From the human T2T-CHM13v2.0 reference genome, Homo sapiens, in NCBI RefSeq assembly GCF_009914755.1, contig NC_060925.1: a DNA stretch of 64,000 bases; one strand, 5' to 3'. The notes under the pieces are model-generated. The model was not told where the DNA came from. It was given only the letters and a program-made list of their open reading frames with translations, and did not search any database. Made by a program: the position numbers and the translations under genes. Shown here piece after piece: positions 54,029-64,000 of this stretch (position 1 is the first letter of the stretch; each line of letters opens with the position of its first letter).

Positions 54029-54387
54029 CTAGAAATGGGACAGAGCCACTCACCACAGGAGTTACTAACTCTCCACCCAAAGCAAGCCGAGGGGGTCTGT
54101 TACCCTCACTTAGGAAGCAGACACAGGCCATGTTGACGTATCAGGGTGAGAATGTCTTAGGAGAAGGAATCAGGGCAGGACTGTGATCCACAGGAAACCA
54201 GGTCAGAAGTGAAGTGGTAAGCCTTTCATAGATAGGTCATTTCTAACACAATAGGAAATAACAGAAAACTGCTACAAAAATCACAAAGGCACTTTGGAGA
54301 ACTGATGGGCTCTAACAAGCGTGTTCTCAGAAGGCTGTAACTGTCCTGATCCCATTTGGAAGCAGCTCGTTCCCGATATCCACTCAC

Positions 54388-54462
54388 CTCCATAGCATTG
54401 GTCAACATTCTTGTTAGTCTAAATGGAATCTTCTCTGGAAACTTCTCTCGGGTCATAGCAAC
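54388..54462 (-). CDS. MTOR: MTOR exon 52, [25 protein letters not shown] (activation loop)
   Basis: ctgtag acceptor, gtgagt donor, 75 nt. Confidence 0.97.
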
Positions 54463-54970
54463 CTACAGAATAATAAATGGGAAAAGCCAAATCAATGTTT
54501 ATTTTCTTTACCTGGAGCCAGGTGGAGCAGGTGGCTTTCCTCTGCATCACCTGCACTGATTTTAATTATAGCAGGGAAAGGAAGCAGCTTGGGTTTAGTG
54601 AGAGGACTTGTCACAGGGATTTGAAAGACAACTTAAAAAAAAAAAGAAACGAACAACAGAAAAGAAGAGAAAACAAAAAGGAAAAAAGACAAATGTGCAT
54701 CGTGTCCAGGCTCTTGGGCAACAGGTGGTATGGAGGGTAGGGGCCTACTCTACTCAGAGGGCATGGGAACAGCAGCCCTTGCTCCAAGGGGGTTAGAGTC
54801 CAACTAAGAGCCCAGATTTCATTTCTTAGACTGACTTAACTACAGCCTTGGTAGGGCCAGCAGGGGTTAAGAGTAAGGCAGTTTGGGCTTAAGTCTGCCT
54901 ACAGTGTCAGAGGAGGGGGAAAAGTGATCACCCGGGAAGATGAGGTTGGGGTTCTAGAACATGTGTTCAC

Positions 54971-55043
54971 CTCAAAGCAGTCCCCAAAGTCAATGTGCAG
55001 GATCTTCCCACTCAGACGGTCCAGCATCAGGTTGGATGGGTGT
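54971..55043 (-). CDS. MTOR: MTOR exon 51, (R)[24 protein letters not shown] (catalytic loop and DFG)
   Basis: tcaaag acceptor, gtgaac donor, 73 nt. Confidence 0.97.
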
Positions 55044-55125
55044 CTTTGAGAAACAGAAGACAGATCAGGGAGGGATCAACAGAGATAACGGATGAAAAAA
55101 TCAATAAGTACGTGATACTGTAAGC

Positions 55126-55352
55126 TAGGAGTTGGCAAACGATAGCCCTCAGCCAATCCAGCCCCTCCACCTCCACTTCTGCAAGTCCAGTTTTACTGGA
55201 ACACACAGCACGCTCCCTTGTTTAAGTACTGTTCCAGGCTGCTTCCATGCTACGACAGCAGAGCTGACTAGTTGTGACAGAGACCAAAGGGCCCACAAAG
55301 CCTAAAACGACCTATTAACTGGTCCTTTACAGAAACAGTTTGCCAACTCCTG
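55126..55352. mobile_element. MER58A-like hAT-Charlie MITE with intact terminal inverted repeats
   Basis: aggagttggcaaac (55127-55140) and gtttgccaactcct (55338-55351) are exact reverse complements; about 225 bp. Confidence 0.85.
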
Positions 55353-56578
55353 CTGAAATGTGGGCTTATGTGTGAATCACAGGTTGTCCCACTGTACTGA
55401 GATACTGTGCTTTTCTGAGGTCTTTGGTGACCTAATAAGTCATTTCTGGCAGCACTGGCACCTTCTGGTGACAAGGCTCTATCATTTTTACTGAGCAGCC
55501 GTAACAGGGTCTCATCTCCTTAAGTCCCTGAGCCAATCCCGGCAACCACCTGGCTTTTATCAACAGATATTCTGCTAGACTTTTAAAAACAAAAATCTAC
55601 TATTTTTGTGGGGTAAAATTATTTTTACTCTCAAATAGTTGCATGAGACATGATTCCAGGAGAAAAACAGTAGACATCAGAGAACCAGTCTTTTTTACAT
55701 TCTTGTGAGTCCGTTTCTGAACATTCGTAAATTACATGTTCAGTCAGTACACTTGGACAAAACTTATTATGCAAAAATATCAGAAGGATCTACTTTGGTT
55801 GGTTTCAATTACAGAAATAAAATGATTTATCTTAGCACAGTGGTGACTGACAAATGTTTCTTGAATCAATAAAATCAATATGATTTAGTATTTTTGTTTT
55901 TTTCTTTGAGACAGAGTCTTACTCTGTTGACCAGGCTGGAACACAGTGGTGCAATCACGGCTCACTACAGCTTTGACCTTCTGGACTTAAGTGATCCTCC
56001 TACCTCAGCCTCCCAAAGAGCTGGGACTACAGGTGTATGCCACCATGCTTGGCTAATTATTTTTTGTAGAGACGGGATCTTGCTATGCTGCCCAGGCTGG
56101 TCTCAAATTCCTAGGCTCAAGTGATCCTCCCACCTCAGCCTCCCAAAGTGCTGGAATTATAGGCATGAGCCAATGAGCCTGCCCTGCAATACAGCTTTTA
56201 ATACATTAAGCCAGACTAAGGAGAAAGTAGTATCCTTGAACTATGTGGGGCTTTATTGAGATGGGGTCTTGCTATTGCCCAAGTTGGTCTCATACTCCTG
56301 GGCTCAAGTGATCCTCTCACCCTGGCCTCCCAGGATGACAGGCATGAGCCACTGCACCCAGCTTGAACTATTTTTCCTTTTCTTTAGTTTGATGTATTCT
56401 TCTGATGGCATCACAATCAATAGGGAACTAAGGCTAATGTTGTAAAAGAGACCTTACATATACAATACCAATATTTATTTACCAAAAAGCCATATATTTA
56501 ATTGGAAAACCAAATGAAACCATTCAGGAAAACTACAATGGAGAAAGAAGACTAAAAAAACCAAATTAAATTACTCAC

Positions 56579-56661
56579 CTATCTCCCAGGCCTAAAATAT
56601 ACCCAACCATTGACATGACCGCTAAAGAACGGGTATAATTGGTTCTTCGGTCAAACCACAC
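56579..56661 (-). CDS. MTOR: MTOR exon 50, VWFDRRTNYTRSLAVMSMVGYILGLGD(R)
   Basis: ttctag acceptor, gtgagt donor, 83 nt. Confidence 0.97.
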
Positions 56662-57786
56662 CTAGAACACAGGAGTGCATGTGAACTACGGTTCTGGAAA
56701 CTTTAATTTCAACATAATTATACTCTAATAAGCTGTCTTTGGTTTGTACTTTTGAGACCGAGTCTCGCTCTGTCGCCCAGGCTGGAAGGCAGTGGTGCTA
56801 TCTTGGCTCACTGCAGCCTCCACCTCCCGGGTTCAAGCGGTTCTCATGCCTCAGCCTCCTGAGTAGCTGAGATTACAGGCACCCGCCACCATGCCCAGCT
56901 TATTTTTGTAGTTTTAGTAGAGACGGGGTTTCACTATGTTGGCCAGACTGGTCTTGAGCTCCTAACCTCAAGTGATCCGCTTGCCTCGGCCTCCCAAAAT
57001 GCTGGGATCACAGGCCTGAGCCACTGTGCCTGGCCTAATCAGTTGTTTTCTTACAGTCCATCAATAACTGGTTAGAATGTATAACATTATAAAGACCTCA
57101 TTCACAATTCTAACAATGAACTATGCCTTGAATTAAACTTAATTAGAAATGTGTTAGACTTAAAGATCTGAGTAAATGAAAAATATCAGTTTAAGGATAT
57201 CCCCTTATGAGTATAAAGATGTTAACAGCCTCAAGAAAAAAAATAGATGACGATAGCCCCTGAGAAGGGACTTGTATTAACACCATGGAACTTGAGAAAC
57301 AGGCCGAAAGAGCAATGAAACAGAAGAGGAGCCCTAGAAAGAAATCCAAGGACACGTAGAATTTAGTGTTTAGGCTGGGCACGGTAGCTCATGCCTGTAA
57401 TCCCAGCACTTTGGGAGGCCGAGGTGGGTGGATCACCTGAGATCAGGAGTTTGAGACCAGCCTGACCAACATGGTGAAATCCCGTTTCTACTAAAAATGC
57501 AAAAATTAGCCGGGTGTGGTGGTGCGTGCCTGTAATCCCAGCTACTCAGGAGGCTGAGGCAGGAGAATCACTGAACCCAGGAGGCAGAGGTTGAAGTGAG
57601 CCAAAATCATGCCACTGCACTCCAGCCTGGGCAACAAGAGCGAAACTCTCTCTCAAAAAATAAAATTAAAAAAAATTCAGTGTTCAATAAAAACAAAATC
57701 TTCTAAATAGCAGGGAAAGGATGAATTATTTGGCCAACAGTGTGGTCATGGCTAGTCATGTTTAAAAAAATAAAGTTACGCCTTAA

Positions 57787-57936
<150 letters not shown>

Positions 57937-58923
57937 TGAGTAGCTAGGATAACAGGCACGTGCCACCATGCCCAGCTAATTTTTGTATTTTTAGTAGAGA
58001 CAGGGTTTCACCACGTTGGTCAGGCTGGTCTTGAACTCCTGACCTCGTGATCCGCCCGCCTCGGCCTCCTAAAGTGCTGGGATTACAGGCGTGAACCACC
58101 GTGCCTGGTCTTGTTTATTTTTAAGAGACGATCTCACTATATTACCCAGGCTGGAGTGTAATGGCTTTTCATAGGTGTGGTCTTTTTCTTCTTCTTTTTT
58201 TTTTTTTTTTTTGAGACAGGGTCTGGCTCTGTCACTCAGGCTGAGTTACAGATTGTGCAGTGGCACAATCTCAGCTAACTGCAACCCTTGCCTCCTGGCT
58301 CAAGTGATCCTCCCGCCACATCCTCCTAAGTAGCTGGGACAATGGGCAAGTGCCATCATGCCCGGCTAATTTTTTATTTTTTGTAGAGATGGGGTTTTGC
58401 GACGCTGCCCAGGCTGGTCTCAAACGCCTGAGCTTCAAGCATTCCACCTGCCTTGGCCTCCCCAAGTGTTGGGATTATAGACGTGAGCCACTGCACCCCG
58501 CCCATAGGTGTGGTCTTAATGTGCAACAGCCTTGAACTCCTGGGCTCAAGCAATCCTCCTGCCTCAGCCTCCCAAGTAGCTGAGACTACAGGTGTGTACC
58601 ATAGTGTCTGACTTGGGTTAAGACTTAAATGTAAAAAAAACCCTGTAACTAGTATAAGAAAATATAGGTAAAAAAATAACCTCAAGGTGGAGAGGGCCTT
58701 TCTAAATATAAAACCAAAGGAAGAGGCCAGGCACCGTGGCTCATGCCTGTAATCCCAGCACTTTGGGAGGCTGAGAAGGGCGGATAACTCGAGGCTAGGA
58801 GTTTGAGACCAGCCTGGCCAACACAGTGAAACCCTGTCTCTACTAAAAATACAAAAGAGTGGCCGGGAACGGTGGCTCCCGCCTGTAATCCCAGCACTTT
58901 GAGAGGCTGAGGCGGGCGGATCA

Positions 58924-59319
<396 letters not shown>

Positions 59320-59446
59320 TCAAAAAAAAAAAACAAAACAAAACACACAAACAAACAAACAAAAAAAACAAAAACAAACCAAAGGAAGAAACTTTAAAGA
59401 AAAGGATTAAAAATTTGGTAACTTCTAACTTTAAAAAATGCCTGTA

Positions 59447-60476
<1,030 letters not shown>

Positions 60477-60821
60477 TATCAAAAACCAAACCAAACCAAA
60501 CAAAAACTCCAAACCAAAGAACACACCATTAGCAAAATTTAAAAACTAAGTTAATAGGAAATTTGTAACATATATAAAAAAGACAACTATCTTTAATTCT
60601 TTAATATATAAAGAGTTCTGGAGGAAATATTAAACTACTCATTCTAACTCTGTGAACTTGTCTTGCTCACCCATTTCATTTTTGTTAGAAAAGTCTGGAC
60701 ACGCTCTACAGCCAATCACAGCAAAGAAGAGCCGCTGTGTGCACATGAACAGATGGGAGGGCCATCCTATTGCGAGTGGGGGTTCCAGGAGAGCGCAGGT
60801 CTGCAGGGCCCAGTGGCCTAC

Positions 60822-60944
60822 CTCGGAGCTGGGGCTTTTCAGCCATAGCAGCTTGGCCAGGTCGTCCCCAGCTGTATTATTGACGGCATGCTCAAACACC
60901 TCCACCTTCTGCATCAGAGTCAAGTGGTCATAGTCCGGAGCCAT
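60822..60944 (-). CDS. MTOR: MTOR exon 49, [17 protein letters not shown]...WLKSPSSE (LST8-binding element)
   Basis: atgcag acceptor, gtaggc donor, 123 nt. Confidence 0.97.
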
Positions 60945-61554
60945 CTGCATCAGGACACAACTGTTCAGTAAGAGAGCAGCCTAAGACATGTAGTTTGGGT
61001 CCAGGAAGAAACAAGGCTTGGGGTCCAGGCAGAGCTGAGTTCTAATTTCCCCATCATAGCCAAAGGAGAAGGGAAATAAGAACATGGCAAAAGGAGAAAC
61101 GAAGTGACCACTCTAACCTGATGACCACTGGAACCCCAAGGCATAAGGGAAAAACACGAGACTTCACCTCAGTTATAGGCCTTCTGTGCAGATGAGAGTA
61201 CTGGAAGTTTCAAGGTTTTGGAAAACAAGCAATTCTCTTTCTTATTACTTACACATCTACTAAACATTATTTCTCCATATGGCCAGTGCTTTGTATACAT
61301 TAGTAAATATATGGTGCCGAATATTTATCTGTCTAGTCTTCCCTAGGATGGTGAAAACAATTTCTCAGCTTAAGGGTCCTTCAGTTTCTTACAAGCTTAT
61401 CTGCTTTAGGACTCACTTTATTAAACCTTCTTCAAAGCTGATTCTCTCAAAGAGATTTTTCAGTGACAGACATACAGAGAGGAATGAGAAAAGCAGCGCT
61501 ACGGAGATTCCCTGCCACGGAAGGGGCACTAGCTCTCGTGGCCGCATCACATAC

Positions 61555-61702
61555 CCGCAACATGATGCGATGCTCGATGTTGAGAAGGATCTTCTTCTTC
61601 TCCCTGTAGTCCCGGATGAGGGCGTGCAGTGTGTCACAGTGGGGAACCCAGCCAATGAGGCCCGAGTTGGTCGATAAAGGGATGACAGCGTATCTCTGGA
61701 TG
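61555..61702 (-). CDS. MTOR: MTOR exon 48, (S)[23 protein letters not shown]...HRIMLR (hinge W2239/V2240)
   Basis: cgccag acceptor with a CTAAC branch motif upstream, gtatgt donor, 148 nt. Confidence 0.97.
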
Positions 61703-61756
61703 CTGGCGCCCACAGAAAAGCAGGGTTAGTGTACCGTAAAGAGAGTATACCCTTGA

Positions 61757-62363
<607 letters not shown>

Positions 62364-63368
62364 TGAGCCACCGCGCCCGGCGGCCCTGACTATTTTTAAT
62401 GAGCCCCCGCCGCAGCAGGCTGGTGTGAAGTGTGTGTTGAGGGATGCTTTGTGAAGAATAAGGCATCACAGAAAGACAGTGCACTGATGGTGCAGTGAAA
62501 GCAACACAGGTCTCCTCAACCTGCCCAAGAAACTCATGGCTTTGGGGGAACAATCAAGTGACTAAAATACCTCTCAAGTGAATTCTCATGGTTTTAACAG
62601 GAAGAGGAGTGCCAGAATACGGACGATGGGAAAGGTTTGGCTTTCATCCCACAAGGGGTCAGACCCATCCCATCTGTAGACTCTCCAGTCTACCCGCCAC
62701 AAATTGCTCCCTGCTGGATTCTTTGGAGGTTGTTAAAGGCATTTCCCAATGAAAATACCCTAAAAACTCTGGAAGAACTTGGTTATAAATTATAAAATTT
62801 TATAACTTAATTTTTCATTTTTAAAACATTTAAAAAATATTATTTACTTTTTGAGATAGGGTCTCGCTGTTACCTAGGCTCGAGCACAGTTGCCCCATCA
62901 CAGCTCACTGTAGCCTCGACCTCCTGGGCTCAAGTGATTCTCCTGCCTCAGCCCCCTGAGTAGCTGGGACTACACTGTGCCCAGCTTTTTTTTTTTTTTT
63001 TTTTTGTAGAGACAGGGATTACAGGCGTGAGTCACTGTGCCCAGCCTATCTTTATTTTTTGAGAGAAAGGGTCTTGCTCTGCTGCCCAGGCTAGAGTGTA
63101 GAGGCACAACCTTGTCTCACTGCAGCCTCAACCAACTGGGCTAAGATGATTCTTCTGCCTCCATCTCCCAAGGAGCTGGGACAACAGGCATGAGCCACCA
63201 TGCCCAGCTGATTTTTTTATTTTTTGTAGAGACAGGGTCTCACTTTTTTGTCCAGGATGGTCTTGAACTCCTGGTCTCAAGCAATCCTCCTGCTGTAGCC
63301 TTCCAAAGTGTCGGGATTACATGTGAGCCACCATGCCTGGCCACTTAATTTTTTTTTCCTTACTTTAG

Positions 63369-63491
<123 letters not shown>

Positions 63492-64000
63492 TAGCCGGGA
63501 TTACAGGTGGCCGCCACCACGCCCAGCTAATTTTTGTATTTTTAGTAGACACAGGGTTTCACCATGTTGGCCAGGCTGGTCTCGAACTCCTGACCTCAAG
63601 TGATCCACCTGCCTGGGCCTCCCAAAGTGCTGGGATTATAGGCATGGGCCACCGTGCCCGGTCACCTTTTTAATTTTTTTAAATAAATAGTGATGGGGTC
63701 TCTCTATGTTGTTTAGGCTGGTCTTGAATTCCTGGGCTCAAGTGATCCTCCTACCTTGGCATTACAAAATATTAGGATTATAGGTGCGAGCCACCATGCC
63801 CAGCCTTTTTCTTCTAAAGAGACAGTCTTGCTCTATTACCCAGGCTGGAGGGCAGTGGCACAATCACAGCTCACTGCAGCCTTGAACTCCTGGGCTCAAG
63901 CCATCCCCCTGCCTCAACCTCTGGAGTTTCTGGGACTACAGGCATGAGTTACCATGCCTGGCTCCCTAATTTTATAGTTTTTTGTTAAGATATAATACAT

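Overview
This is human (hominoid) genomic DNA, recognisable as 1p36.22. It holds the complete EXOSC10 gene (RRP6/PM-Scl100) on the minus strand: 25 coding exons, ATG at 39402, TAG at 6283-6285, splicing to exactly 885 codons with the DEDD-Y residues D313, E315, D371, Y436 and D440 in register. It also holds the last 11 exons (48-58) of MTOR on the minus strand, covering the kinase hinge, catalytic loop, DFG, S2448/S2481 region and FATC, with TAA at 47056-47058 and a 3'UTR to about 46100. Between the genes lie the EXOSC10 CpG-island promoter, a probable divergent lncRNA (EXOSC10-AS1) and a solo MER11 LTR. The window is very Alu-dense, so most ORFs in the supplied track are Alu artefacts. It also carries a 5'-inverted young L1PA, a THE1D LTR, an MLT1 LTR, DNA-transposon relics and an AluYa5. 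I find no new protein-coding system. The best second-look candidates are small architectures: a CFTR-like (TG)21-T11 acceptor before an in-frame EXOSC10 HRDC exon, a 78-bp repeat that triplicates the MTOR exon 54 donor, a 25-nt templated insertion copied from 1.46 kb away, a 20-bp promoter minisatellite, an Alu and an L1 sharing one target site, and a hairpin overlapping a proximal poly(A) signal in the MTOR 3'UTR. Repeat-family names come from recalled consensus sequences, not from a database run.
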